64,000 bases of DNA from Candidatus Latescibacterota bacterium (lineage in GTDB: Bacteria; Latescibacterota; UBA2968; UBA8231). Made by a program: the position numbers and the translations under genes. Position 1 is the stretch's first letter, and every line of letters begins with the position of its first letter. The notes under the pieces are model-generated. The model was given only the letters and a program-made list of their open reading frames with translations. It was not told where the DNA came from and did no database searches. This document shows, one piece after another, positions 11,457 through 21,248 of this stretch. The DNA lies in contig CBDCXV010000010.1 in assembly GCA_965223905.1 (NCBI GenBank), positions 256,001-320,000 of the forward strand, in the 5' to 3' direction.

Positions 11457-11671
11457 TGGTGGTTCTTCTCTCGAGTTGGTTTCGGGTAGCTGCCATGGTT
11501 CGGTTTCAGTTCGCCCCCCTTACCAGAGAAAGGGTAGGCCATGTTTCCTGCCGGGGGTACTTCAGACTCCAGGCCGCGCTGAGCTGAATGGTTCAGCGAA
11601 ATGAATAAGGTGCCATTCCGTTCACTGCACAAAAGCGTTGTCGCTACTGCGGCTGGTCCCGAAGCGGGTGC

Positions 11672-11957
11672 CCAAGTGCTCCAGCTCAACCCCGGGTTCC
11701 GGGTCCTGTTTCTGGGAGGGGAGGTGCTGAGCGAGATCGGACTGCACCTGAAGCGGGCGCTGTCCCCGGCGGTCACCGTCGCCGCGGCCTATAGCAACGG
11801 CCTGATCGGGTACATCCCCTCGAAGAACGCCTGGCCGCTGGGCGGGTACGAAGTCAAGGGATCACACTACTACTTCCGTTTGCCTGCTCCCTTCACCGAC
11901 GACGTCGAGGACCGGCTGGTGGAAGCGGCCCTCCGCGTCGTCGAGTCGATGACCTGA
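11672..11957 (+). pseudogene. orphan 3' end of ceramidase-like gene (repeat copy 2)
   Basis: QVLQLNPGFRVLFLGGEVLSEIG...VVESMT-stop, about 91% nt identity to 7895-8174, no N-terminus. Confidence 0.9.
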
Positions 11958-12026
11958 CCGTCAAGGAGGATCAGCCCGGCGCTCGTGAAGCCGCGCGGTC
12001 TTTCCGAGGAACCCAGAAAAAAATCG

Positions 12027-12803
12027 CTAACGGCAGGAAGCGAGAATCTCCCCGCTCAGCACCGTCGGGCACCAGAACTTCTCGATGTACTCGACCACCA
12101 GCCGCGTCCCCTCGTCGTGGCTGACGTAGGGGGGCATCGCCGGATCGTACATCGCGTCGGTCAGGTCGCGGACCAGGACGATGTTCTTCCCCCAGCGCAC
12201 CATCTGCTTGATCGCGAAGCCGCGGTTGAGGACGCACATGTTGGTGTGCACCCCCATGATCAGCAGGTTGTCCACACCCCGGTGGTGCATGCAGCTGAAC
12301 ACCTGCCTGCCGTCGTCGCTGACCAGGTCGGCGCCGTCGTCGATGTCGATGCCGGGGTGCTGCCGCGTCCAGGCGGTGCCGTCCCGGTGTGGGTCGTGGT
12401 ACTGCCGGTCGATCGCCTCGGTGTCGGAGCCCCCGTCGCTGGAATCGACCGGTTGCGGCGGGTCCTCCCGCTCGAGGTCGGGCGGCGGGGCGACCGGCTC
12501 GGCGTCGAGAACGCGCTGCCGCGCCGGCGTGCCGGCGTAGAACTCCATGGTGCTCGAAGGGGCGTGCACGATCTGCACCCCGGAAGCGCGCGCCGCGGCG
12601 ACCACCTCGTTCATGCGCGGCACCATGGCGTCGACCCGTTCCGAGGCGCCGCGGCTCCAGTGCTTGTTCCAGACGTCGCACAGCAGCAGCGCGGTCGCGG
12701 CGAAGTCGTATTCCGCTTCGGTGGCGACCACCTCCCAGCGGGCGCGGCCCCCCTCGTCCTGCCCGAGCCGCTGTTGCCGCAGATTCAGATGAAGCTTGTT
12801 CAT
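12027..12803 (-). CDS. isochorismatase-like (cysteine hydrolase) family protein
   Basis: ALLLCDVWNKHW, IVHAPS, MGVHTNMCV, RDLTDAMY. Confidence 0.85.
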   Translation of the reverse strand: MNKLHLNLRQQRLGQDEGGRARWEVVATEAEYDFAATALLLCDVWNKHWSRGASERVDAMVPRMNEVVAAARASGVQIVHAPSSTMEFYAGTPARQRVLDAEPVAPPPDLEREDPPQPVDSSDGGSDTEAIDRQYHDPHRDGTAWTRQHPGIDIDDGADLVSDDGRQVFSCMHHRGVDNLLIMGVHTNMCVLNRGFAIKQMVRWGKNIVLVRDLTDAMYDPAMPPYVSHDEGTRLVVEYIEKFWCPTVLSGEILASCR

Positions 12804-12804
12804 T

Positions 12805-13695
12805 TCAGTCCCCTCCCGTCGCCGCAGGTTCAGAAACCGGAAGCGGTTCCCCCCCTTTGCAGACCTCGGGGAAATGGGGGCCCGCGGCGCTCATCGGCCC
12901 GCCGTCGGCCACCTCGACGAACTGCTTCATCAGGTGTTCCCCGCTCGCGTCGAAGACCGCGTCCCCGGTCATGTAGTGAATCGCTATGGCCCGCCGCGGC
13001 CGCTCCGACCTGTTGAACGGCGACCCGTGCCAGTTGAGGCTGTGGTGGAAGGAGACCTCCCCCCGTTTCACCGGCAGCGGCCTCGGCCTGACCTCGGAAA
13101 TCTCCGCTCCCTCCGGCGGCGAGAACCCGTCGATATCCCCGAATTCGTCGAGCTGCGTCAGTGCCCCCTGGGTGCGCAGGAACTCGATCTGGTTACCCCA
13201 GCGGAAGCTGCCGGGAACCATCCACATGCAGCCGTTCTCCTCGTCGGCGTCGTCGAGCGGCACCCAGGCCGACACCGGGGTCATCGGCTTGATGATCGGC
13301 CACAGCGGCGCATCCTGGTGCCATCGGGTGGAGCCGCCGCGCGCCGCGGGTTTGTACTGGATCTGGTCGTGCCAGACCATCAGGTCGGGATGGCCGGTCA
13401 GCTGACTCACCGCCCGCACGAGGAAGGGGTGGGACATCAGGCGCCGGAAAGCGTCCGAGGCTTCCCAGATATTGACGATCTGCCACACCGGATGCCCGCT
13501 GACCCCGCCGCCACGAGCCCCCATGTCGCGAAAGGAAACCGGCTGCGGGTCCCCCGGACCGAACCCGTCCGGACCGATGTCGAGAATGCGGTCGAGCTCC
13601 GCCCCGAGCTCGTCGACCTCCTCCAGCGACAGCGCCTTGCCCGCGTTGATGAAACCGTTGCGCTCGAACTCCTGCATCTGCTGCTCGCTCAGCAC
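12805..13695 (-). CDS. phytanoyl-CoA dioxygenase family protein
   Basis: GTG start after AGGAGG; WHQD, WVPLDDADEENGCM..VPGS, FHH...WHGS..N. Confidence 0.92.
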   Translation of the reverse strand: MLSEQQMQEFERNGFINAGKALSLEEVDELGAELDRILDIGPDGFGPGDPQPVSFRDMGARGGGVSGHPVWQIVNIWEASDAFRRLMSHPFLVRAVSQLTGHPDLMVWHDQIQYKPAARGGSTRWHQDAPLWPIIKPMTPVSAWVPLDDADEENGCMWMVPGSFRWGNQIEFLRTQGALTQLDEFGDIDGFSPPEGAEISEVRPRPLPVKRGEVSFHHSLNWHGSPFNRSERPRRAIAIHYMTGDAVFDASGEHLMKQFVEVADGGPMSAAGPHFPEVCKGGEPLPVSEPAATGGD

Positions 13696-14142
13696 GTTGT
13701 TCCTCCTGAATCGAGGTTCGTTTCCGGGATGGCGGTCTCTGCGGAATCTCCTTGCCCGTGCCTGCCGGACGGCCATTTGGCCTGCCCCGCGGATCCCGCG
13801 TCGATAATTGTCCGTCGCCCAGGGGGAAACCGCAATGCCTCCGGGGCCGGAAGCTCCGGGTTTCACGGTGGATCGGGCTTGGGGGATTCCCTGAAAAAAA
13901 GCTGTCGGGGAAAATGGAGCGACTCCGGGGCCCTGCCGGGCCGTTTGCCTTAGAAGCGTTGGCCCTCCGCCGGCGCTGGTCCCTCCTTCAACTGGGGGAC
14001 CCTTCGCGGGCATGTTTCACCTTCCCCCCGGGTGCTGCCCCAGACTTCTGGATGCTCCGCTGCACAGTTTCGGCCGACGGCTGCCGTGTCCGGCCGATTA
14101 TGGGAATACTTCCTTCCCTGGGTTTCCTCCGGGGGTAAATCG

Positions 14143-14171
14143 TTGACGGGGGCGCCAATGGCGCCTTTATT
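14143..14171 (+). promoter_or_regulatory. putative promoter with palindromic operator for the TA operon
   Basis: TTGACG (14143-14148), palindrome GGCGCCA-A-TGGCGCC (14151-14165), weak -10 TTTATT; ATG at 14180 without an SD. Confidence 0.5.
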
Positions 14172-14179
14172 GGGTTGGC

Positions 14180-14524
14180 ATGCCCACCTGCCTGCAAACT
14201 GTGGTCGAGACGCCCGCTTACCTCGCGGCGGCCAAGGGTGTTCTGTCAGAAACCGAACGGTCCGAGGTCGTCAACACGGTAGCCTTGGACCCAGAAGCAG
14301 GAGTGGGGCTCGGTGGCGGACTCCGAAAAGTGAGGATCTCCCGCCAGGGATCCGGAAAACGCGGTGGGGCGCGTGTAGTATTCCTGTTCTCCGGCAGAGA
14401 CATTCCCGTATTCCTGCTTACTGTCTTCGCCAAGAACGAGAAAGCGACCCTCACTACCCGAGAACGAAAAGCGCTGATCGCTGCCGCAAAGCAGATAGTC
14501 GACAACTACAGGAGGTCCGAATGA
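14180..14524 (+). CDS. RelE/ParE (HigB-like) toxin
   Basis: VVETPAY...GGGLRKVRI...GKRGGARV...FLLTVFAKNEK. Confidence 0.88.
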   Translation: MPTCLQTVVETPAYLAAAKGVLSETERSEVVNTVALDPEAGVGLGGGLRKVRISRQGSGKRGGARVVFLFSGRDIPVFLLTVFAKNEKATLTTRERKALIAAAKQIVDNYRRSE

Positions 14525-14823
14525 GCAAGGCATTCGACAAGGTCCTGGCCGGGCTTGGTGACGCCCGCGCCTTCCTGGACGGCGAGCGGGAGGGGTTCGC
14601 GCTGCATGAAGTTGCAGTTCCCGAACCGGATGTCGTGGCAATCCGGGGAAAGACGGGACTGTCTCAGCTCGCCTTTGCAAAGAGCATCGGTGTTGCGCTG
14701 GGCACTCTCAAGAATTGGGAGCAGGGCCGGCGGCGCCCCGAGGGACCGGCGCGAGTGCTTCTCGCGCTGATCGAAAAGCGGCCGTCGATCGTTCAGGAAG
14801 AGCTCGGCGCCAGATTTTCCTGA
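14521..14823 (+). CDS. XRE-type HTH antitoxin (HigA-like)
   Basis: ATGA overlap with toxin; DVVAIRGKTGLSQLAFA...TLKNWEQGRRRPEGPARVLL. Confidence 0.9.
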   Translation: MSKAFDKVLAGLGDARAFLDGEREGFALHEVAVPEPDVVAIRGKTGLSQLAFAKSIGVALGTLKNWEQGRRRPEGPARVLLALIEKRPSIVQEELGARFS

Positions 14824-14896
14824 TCTTGGGCACGATGGCATCGGTATTCCCAAGAAACAACCCGGATCCGGAAATTTCGATTCGCAGCCAGCCTAA

Positions 14897-15790
14897 ATGA
14901 CCCCGAACACTAAATATGATCCCCATTACATAAGCTGCTTCTACGACGACTACGGGGAACGCGAATGGGAAAGGTTCGAGCGGAGTGCGGCGGACCGGGT
15001 CAATTTCCGCGTCCACCTCCACCATCTTCAGCGGTTCGTCAAAGCCGGCGATGACGTGCTCGACGCGGGGGCCGGCCCCGGACGTTTCACTATCGAGCTT
15101 GCGCGCATCGGGACGACCGTCACCGTAGTCGACATATCGCCGGTGCAGTTGGAACTGAACCGGCAGAAATTGAGCGAAGCGGGGTTCGAGCCCAACGTCT
15201 CCGGGCGTTATCTCGCGGACATAGTCGACCTGCGCCAATTCCCCGACGCCGCCTTCGATGCAACGGTCTGCTACGGCGGCGGATTGAGCCACGTGATGGA
15301 CCAGGCCGGAAACGCACTCGCCGAGCTCGTTCGCGTTACGAAACCCGGCGGTTACGTTTTGGTCAGCGTAATGTCCCTGGTTGGCAGCGCCGGGGCGTTG
15401 CTCTCAAAGTTTCCCGACCTGATCGAAGGATTCGGACGCGAAAGCCTCGACAGAGAGCTTGAAACCGGAGATCTATGCGGGCCGACTTCGCGGGGCAACA
15501 GGTGTCACATGTACCGCTGGAGGGAGTTGGAAGCTTTGTTGAGCACGCAGGATTGCGAAATAGTCGAGAAGTCCGCGGCGAATTTCCTGGCCATCCGGAA
15601 CGAAGGTATCCTGACGGTTTTCGAACAGAACCCCGAACTGTACGACTGGTTCCTGCGCTGGGAGACCGAGTACTGCCAGGAGCCGGGAGCAATCGACGGC
15701 GGTACTCACATCATCGCAGTTGTCAGGCGAAGGGACGCCTGTTATCGACACGATTCGAGATCGAGCGGAAGCGTGGGTATAACCGAATAA
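14897..15790 (+). CDS. class I SAM-dependent methyltransferase
   Basis: VLDAGAGPG, VDIS, FDATVC, LVRVTKPGG. Confidence 0.9.
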   Translation: MTPNTKYDPHYISCFYDDYGEREWERFERSAADRVNFRVHLHHLQRFVKAGDDVLDAGAGPGRFTIELARIGTTVTVVDISPVQLELNRQKLSEAGFEPNVSGRYLADIVDLRQFPDAAFDATVCYGGGLSHVMDQAGNALAELVRVTKPGGYVLVSVMSLVGSAGALLSKFPDLIEGFGRESLDRELETGDLCGPTSRGNRCHMYRWRELEALLSTQDCEIVEKSAANFLAIRNEGILTVFEQNPELYDWFLRWETEYCQEPGAIDGGTHIIAVVRRRDACYRHDSRSSGSVGITE

Positions 15791-15924
15791 CGAGACGAAA
15801 AACGTACGGTCTGTTCTTTTGAGACCTTCTTGATCGCAATTCACGGGCAACAACACGGCGAGGATTCCAGCTCAGCGATGAATGGGGCGCCTCGACCCGC
15901 AACCAGCCAGGGAGGCACGCATAC

Positions 15925-16341
15925 ATGACCCTCAACACTTATCTGCATTTCAACGGCAACTGCCGGGAGGCGTTCGAGTTCTACCGCTCCGTATTCGGGG
16001 GTGAGTTCGCGTTCATCGACACCTTCGCGAACGGTCCTGAGGACTTCGAGGTCCCCGAAGAGGAGCTCGACAACATCATGCACGTCTCCCTTCCCATCGG
16101 CTCGAGCGTGCTGATGGGCAGCGACACCCCGTCGAGCTTCGGGCCTGCGAACATGGGCAACAACTTCTCCATCTCCTGTCTCACACAGAGCCGTGAGGAG
16201 ACCGACGAGCTGTTCGCCGGGATCTCGGAGGGCGGGACCGTGACGTGTCCGCTCGCCGACATGTTCTGGGGGGCGTACTTCGGCTCCTGCACCGACAGGT
16301 TCGGCATCAACTGGCAGTTCAACTGCGAGCACAAGGAATAG
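15925..16341 (+). CDS. VOC family protein (PhnB-like)
   Basis: YLHFNGNCREAFEFY, IMH, FWGAYFG..TDRFGINW. Confidence 0.9.
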   Translation: MTLNTYLHFNGNCREAFEFYRSVFGGEFAFIDTFANGPEDFEVPEEELDNIMHVSLPIGSSVLMGSDTPSSFGPANMGNNFSISCLTQSREETDELFAGISEGGTVTCPLADMFWGAYFGSCTDRFGINWQFNCEHKE

Positions 16342-16404
16342 GGATTCCCCCATCCCGCGCCTGCCGCCCGCGCCGCAAGCTCTCAGGCACAGGGTCCATC
16401 TGAC

Positions 16405-16922
16405 TTGGAAGACCTCGAGTTTCACCCGGTCGACGGCGACCGCTGGGACGACCTGGAGCGTCTGTTCGCGGCCAGGGGCAGCCCCCACTACTGCTGGTGC
16501 ATGGCGTGGCGCCCCCTGCCGAAGGGTGCCTCCCGCTCCTACCGCTCCGCCAAGAAGGAGGCCCTGCTGTTAAGGGTCCGGCGGGGCACTCCCATCGGCA
16601 TCCTGGGATATCTCGACGGCGAGCCCGCGGCCTGGTGCTCCATTGCCCCCCGCGACAGCTACCGGGATCTCGGCGGCCGCGCGGACGGGCCGGGGAGCGT
16701 CTGGTCCATCGCCTGCTTCTTCGTGCCGGCCGGCTCCGCGGCAAGGGAATGACGAGGCAGCTGATCGCCGCCGCGGTCGAGCACGCCAGGCGGATGGGGG
16801 CCGCGGTGGTCGAGGCCTATCCCGTCGACCCCGACTCGCCGAGGGTCGGCATGGGTTGTCGCCGCCCATCCCCTTCTCGTCTCCTGCCTCATCCTGAACC
16901 AGAAAGCCTGAACCATGTCTGA
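16405..16922 (+). pseudogene. GNAT family N-acetyltransferase (frameshifted, C-terminus truncated)
   Basis: CWCMAWR, WCSIAPR, WSIACFFV, RGKGMTRQLI, VEAYPVD split over two frames. Confidence 0.7.
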
Positions 16923-17718
16923 CGAACCCCGCACCATCGAGTTGGAGATCGAAGTTTCCGGCAGCCCCGAAGAGGTGTGGCGCGCCATCGCCACCGGTCC
17001 GGGCATCTCCTCGTGGTACGTCCCCCACACCGTCGAGGAGCGGCAGGGAGGGGCGGCTTCGGCTTCGTTCGGCCCCTCCCCGGAGATGCAGGTCGCGGGG
17101 CGGGTCGCTGCCTGGGAGCCGCCCCGCCGGGTGCTTTTCGACGGCGGCGAGGATGTCGAGGGGCTGGCGTTCGAGTGGTCGGTCGAAGCCGGCACCGGCG
17201 GTTGCTGCGTGGTGCGCCTCGTCAACACCGGTTTCGGCAGCGGCGGGGAGTGGGACGCCCAGTACGAGGGCATGGTAAAGGGCTGGCAGCTGTTCCTGCT
17301 CAACCTCAGGCTGCACCTGGAGCACTTCCGCGGGCAGACCGCCAGGGCGGCGTTACCCACGGCGATGTGGGCAGGACCGCGCGACAAGGCCTGGGCCGCC
17401 CTCGCCGGGGAGCTGGGAATCCCCGCGTCCCCCGCGGTCGGGGAGCGGATCGAGGTCATCGGATCGGGCGCCCCGGCCCTGGCCGGCACCGTCGCCGACG
17501 CTGCCCCGTGGCGGCTCGCCCTGCTGCTCGAGGAACCGGCGTCCGGCACCGCTTTCCTCGCCGTCGAGGGGAGCGGTGAACAGGTCAGTGTCTCTCTCTG
17601 GTCCTACCTCTATGGAGACGAGGGCATCGCCGCCGCTGAACGGGACGAACCGGTCTGGCGGCAGTGGCTTGCCGAACGCGGCCTGCATCCACCATCTCAG
17701 GGTCCTGATCCCGAGTGA
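16915..17718 (+). CDS. SRPBCC/AHSA1 domain protein
   Basis: EIEVSGSPEEVWRAIATGPGISSW, WEPPRR, GWQLFL. Confidence 0.85.
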   Translation: MSDEPRTIELEIEVSGSPEEVWRAIATGPGISSWYVPHTVEERQGGAASASFGPSPEMQVAGRVAAWEPPRRVLFDGGEDVEGLAFEWSVEAGTGGCCVVRLVNTGFGSGGEWDAQYEGMVKGWQLFLLNLRLHLEHFRGQTARAALPTAMWAGPRDKAWAALAGELGIPASPAVGERIEVIGSGAPALAGTVADAAPWRLALLLEEPASGTAFLAVEGSGEQVSVSLWSYLYGDEGIAAAERDEPVWRQWLAERGLHPPSQGPDPE

Positions 17719-17890
17719 AGACGATCTCCTTCTGATCGCCGAGCTCGCCGATGACGCGGCGGCAGCGGCGGTCTCCCTCAACATCGGGGCAGCGGGCGCC
17801 CTCGAGGTCGCCGTGACCGTCCTGATCGAGCCGGAGACCATCGACGAGGCGGTAAACAAGGGCGTCCCCTACCGGGTTCCGGGAGGCTGA
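17714..17890 (+). pseudogene. GYD domain protein, C-terminal remnant
   Basis: EDDLLLIAELADDAAAAAVSLNIGAAGA...LIEPETIDEA..YRVPG with no start codon. Confidence 0.5.
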
Positions 17891-17921
17891 TTTTTTCGCG
17901 CCGATGCCGGTTGGCTTTAGT

Positions 17922-18680
17922 ATGGATACCCTGAGGCCGCGAATCGCCAAGCTCGCCCTGTCGGGCCTGCTGATCGCATTTCCAGCGTGCGACAGCGGCG
18001 ACGATCCCCCGACCACCTCCGCCGCCTTGGAGTGGGGCTACAACGGGCCCGGCGGGCCGGCAAATTGGGCCTCTCTGTCCGAAGCGAACGCAACTTGCTC
18101 CAACGGTCAGCAGCAGTCGCCCATCGATATTACCGGATACGAGAAGGCCGACGCCGGGCCTGTGTGGTTCTCCTATGGTGGCGACGCCACAGCAGTGCGC
18201 AACGACGGCAGGCAGGTGCATGTCGACTATGCGCCGGGCAACACACTGAGCATCGGCCAAAGGACCTTCGAACTTAAGTCGGCGCACTTTCACGCACCCT
18301 CGGAACATCTGATTGACGGCAGGAGCTACGCGGCGGAACTACACTTGGTCCACGCCAACGCCGACGGCGATCTGGCAGTGGTTGGGGTGGTGTTCACGCT
18401 GGGAGAGCCCAGCCCCGCAGCGCAGGCAATTCTCGAGGCGGCCCCGGCTGCGGGCAGCACCGTAACTCCAGGGACTGCGCTCAACGCTGCCGGTTACGTG
18501 CCGGAAGACCTCGGTTATTACCACTATGGAGGCTCGAAGACGACCCCTCCCTGCGATGAGCCGGTGAGTTGGTTCGTGATGCGGGAGCCGAAGACCATAT
18601 CGGAGAAACAGGTACTCAACCTGCAGGCATTGAGCGGCGGGCCCAACAACCGCCCCGTCCAGCCCGCGGGCAGCCGTTGA
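17922..18680 (+). CDS. alpha-class carbonic anhydrase, lipoprotein
   Basis: LIAFPAC lipobox; WGY.G..GPANW, QQSPIDI, HFHAPSEH, ELHLVH, GSKTTPPCDEPVSW, NNRPVQP. Confidence 0.93.
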   Translation: MDTLRPRIAKLALSGLLIAFPACDSGDDPPTTSAALEWGYNGPGGPANWASLSEANATCSNGQQQSPIDITGYEKADAGPVWFSYGGDATAVRNDGRQVHVDYAPGNTLSIGQRTFELKSAHFHAPSEHLIDGRSYAAELHLVHANADGDLAVVGVVFTLGEPSPAAQAILEAAPAAGSTVTPGTALNAAGYVPEDLGYYHYGGSKTTPPCDEPVSWFVMREPKTISEKQVLNLQALSGGPNNRPVQPAGSR

Positions 18681-18843
18681 CCCAATGCGGTCATGGTTCC
18701 GCAAAAAGCTCAGCCGGGTATACCCGCCGATGGGCTTTTCTCTGGACGAGGAATGGAAGGGCCGGCAATGGCCCTGCCAGAGCCGCTGGCTTCGCCGCGA
18801 CGACCCCGGAACAGATTCGGCCGTCGTTCCCGGCCCGCAGCCG

Positions 18844-19272
18844 TCAGCCCAGCTGCAGCAACTCCAGCCAGTTGCCGTCGGGGTCCTGCAGGTAGCAGCC
18901 GATGCGGCCGGGCGCCAGCTCGGCCGGCGGGTTCATCACCCTGGCGCCGCCCTGCTCCAGGCGCCGGAAGGTCTCCTCGATATCCTCGACCTCGAAGGCG
19001 AGGTGGGCCGCTCCCAGCACGTTCCGCTCCTCCGAGGGCCTTGCGGCCGGGGCCGGGTTCAGGTACTGGATCAGCTCGAGGATGTGCCCGCCCCCGAGGT
19101 CGAGGACGGCCGACCGCAGCTCGGTGCCCTCGTACCCGACGACCTGGTCGACGCCGGGTCCCTTCCGCCCGTACTCGCTGATCACGCTCAGTCCGACCAC
19201 GTCGCGGTAGAAGGCGACCGCGGCGTCGCGGTCGCGGACGACGAATCCGGTGTGGTTCAACGCTTTTATCAT
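18844..19272 (-). CDS. VOC family protein
   Basis: NHTGFVV.D....AFY, LELIQY, HLAFEVED, YLQDPDGNWLEL. Confidence 0.9.
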   Translation of the reverse strand: MIKALNHTGFVVRDRDAAVAFYRDVVGLSVISEYGRKGPGVDQVVGYEGTELRSAVLDLGGGHILELIQYLNPAPAARPSEERNVLGAAHLAFEVEDIEETFRRLEQGGARVMNPPAELAPGRIGCYLQDPDGNWLELLQLG

Positions 19273-19518
19273 GTTTCCACTCCTGTCGGCAGTCGGCGCA
19301 GCAGCTTGGTTTCCGGGCGCCTGATTGCGCGTGAATCAGGTCCGCCGTCGTCTCGTTCTCGAACCTGCCGAGGCTCATCGCTATGCGCCCGGCAAGTGGT
19401 GGTGAATCACCGAAACCCGGAAAACCAGGAAGCCCGGCCCGGACCCGGGCGGCCGCCCAGAGGCTGTCCTGAAGCCTTTCGGGGTCCGCCCGGAGAACCG
19501 GCCGCCTCCGCGGCCCGA

Positions 19519-20460
19519 TCACTCCGGGAAGCGGTCGATGCTGGAAAGGGCGTGCGCGAGGCGCCGCCGCAGGGCCGCGACCCTCTCCTCGTCCCACTCG
19601 TAAAACCCCTTTCCCGACTTCACCCCGAAATCTCCGCGGGCAACCATCTCCTTCAGCACCGGGAAATTCTCCGGGCTGTTGTCGAGGTCCGGGAACAGCT
19701 CGTCGATGATGTGGGAGATGGTGTCCCAGCCGGCGAAGTCGAAGACCTCGAGGGGGCCGGCGACCGCGAGGCGGCGGCCGAAGCTGGTCCTGACGACGGC
19801 GTCGACGTCCTCGGGTGTGGCGATCCCCTGGTCGACGATGGCCAGGGCTTCGCGCAGCAGCGCGAACTGCATGCGGTTGCCGATGAATCCCAGCGACTCC
19901 TTCTGCAGCACGATCGGGCGCTTGCCCGCGGCCTCCAGAAAGCCGCAGAGGACGGCGATGGTCTCGTCGCTCGTCTCGGGGCCGCGCACCACCTCGACAA
20001 GGGGCACCAGGTAGGCCGGGTTCCACCAGTTGGCGACCACCACCCGGTCCGGCCTCCGGGTCGAGGGGGCGAGCTGGCTGGTCATATACGAGGAGGTGTT
20101 GCTAGCCAGCACCGCCTGCGGCGGGCAGCAGCGGTCGAGGTCGGCGAACACCTGCTGCTTGAGCGCGAGGTCCTCGTACACCGCCTCGACGACAAGGGCC
20201 GCCTCGGCGGTGGCCTCGGGCAGCGAGGTGGTCGTGCGGATGCGCCCGGGAGCCGCCGCGGCCGCGGTCTCGTCGACGATACCCTGGTGCCGCAGGGTAT
20301 CGAGCGCGGCCCGTATGTCGGCGAGGGCCTTTTCAAGCTGCTCCCCGGAGGTGTCGTGGAGCGCCACCTCGAAGCCGGCCACGGCGAACTGCAGGGCGAT
20401 GCCGTGGCCCATCAGCCCGGCGCCGATGACGCTGACGTTCCCTGCTTCTTCAACTTTCAT
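19519..20460 (-). CDS. 3-hydroxyacyl-CoA dehydrogenase family protein
   Basis: VIGAGLMGHGIA, VEAVYED, ASNTSS, GFIGNR, GVKSGKGFY. Confidence 0.93.
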   Translation of the reverse strand: MKVEEAGNVSVIGAGLMGHGIALQFAVAGFEVALHDTSGEQLEKALADIRAALDTLRHQGIVDETAAAAAPGRIRTTTSLPEATAEAALVVEAVYEDLALKQQVFADLDRCCPPQAVLASNTSSYMTSQLAPSTRRPDRVVVANWWNPAYLVPLVEVVRGPETSDETIAVLCGFLEAAGKRPIVLQKESLGFIGNRMQFALLREALAIVDQGIATPEDVDAVVRTSFGRRLAVAGPLEVFDFAGWDTISHIIDELFPDLDNSPENFPVLKEMVARGDFGVKSGKGFYEWDEERVAALRRRLAHALSSIDRFPE

Positions 20461-21248
20461 CGATTGACGTCCCTCACTGTGTCTGTGCCCCCGCTCGGCG
20501 ACCGCCTCGCCCGCGCAGTACGACGGAGACCTGATGCGCTGACCGCGTTGCCTTCTCCAACCGCCCCCTCTCTATCCCTTGCCCTGAAGATCGTCGGGGC
20601 TCGTCGTTCCCCCGCTTCCGCAACCCATCCCGGGAAATTCGGTCAGGCTGCGATTTCGCCAAAATGCCAACCTTTCAGGGCCCCGACGGCCACCCAGCGC
20701 ACGAAGCAGGGCTGAAAGAGGTCGTCGGTCACCTTGACCTGCCGATCGCGGTGGGTGTGCATGGTCCGCCGCGGGTCGTCGTGGGGACACGGTCGAGCTC
20801 GTGGCCGGTGATCCCGAGCAAGGTGTCCTGCGTCCACAGGGTTATGGTGATACGTCCCCGGATGCGGTATCGCGGGGACCGGCACAGGAGAGCGGCCCTG
20901 CCACGGCGCGGAGGACGAGAAGCCGCGCATGGCTGGCGGCGCTGCCAACGGAGGTTGTAATTAGCCGCTCTTTGGTTGACTGAACGGGGACATCTGTCCT
21001 GTCCGGCAAGTACCCGGCGCCGGGGGTTGCATCTTCCGCGCTTCCTCGCGGAACCGGCGAGTTCCAGGGCCAGAATCGGGGACAGGGAACCTGAAGAAAG
21101 CCTCGAAACGACGCGGTGTCGGACGAGGCCGAAGGGCTGAACTCCACTGCGACAAAGGGCGGTCTTCCCATTACCCGGCCCCGTGGAGCCGCGGCGTTGT
21201 CCCTACCCTGTTTCCGGGACCGGCACCTGAAGATAGCGAGGCGAGGTC

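Noticed and set aside
7895-11957. 280-bp repeat pair as a DGR template/variable repeat
   Set aside because: Mismatches are not adenine-specific and are mostly synonymous; no reverse transcriptase is in the window
18685-20715. Long antisense or alternate-frame ORFs (e.g. 18685-20715, 24899-26878, 28125-29777, 34824-36566)
   Set aside because: Shadow ORFs of real genes, expected in high-GC DNA; Arg/Pro/Gly-rich with no motifs
20643-20900. Coding-like segment on the minus strand (HDDPRRTMHTHRDRQVKVTDDLFQPCFVRW)
   Set aside because: GC3 pattern suggests a gene remnant, but I could not recognise a family or a start
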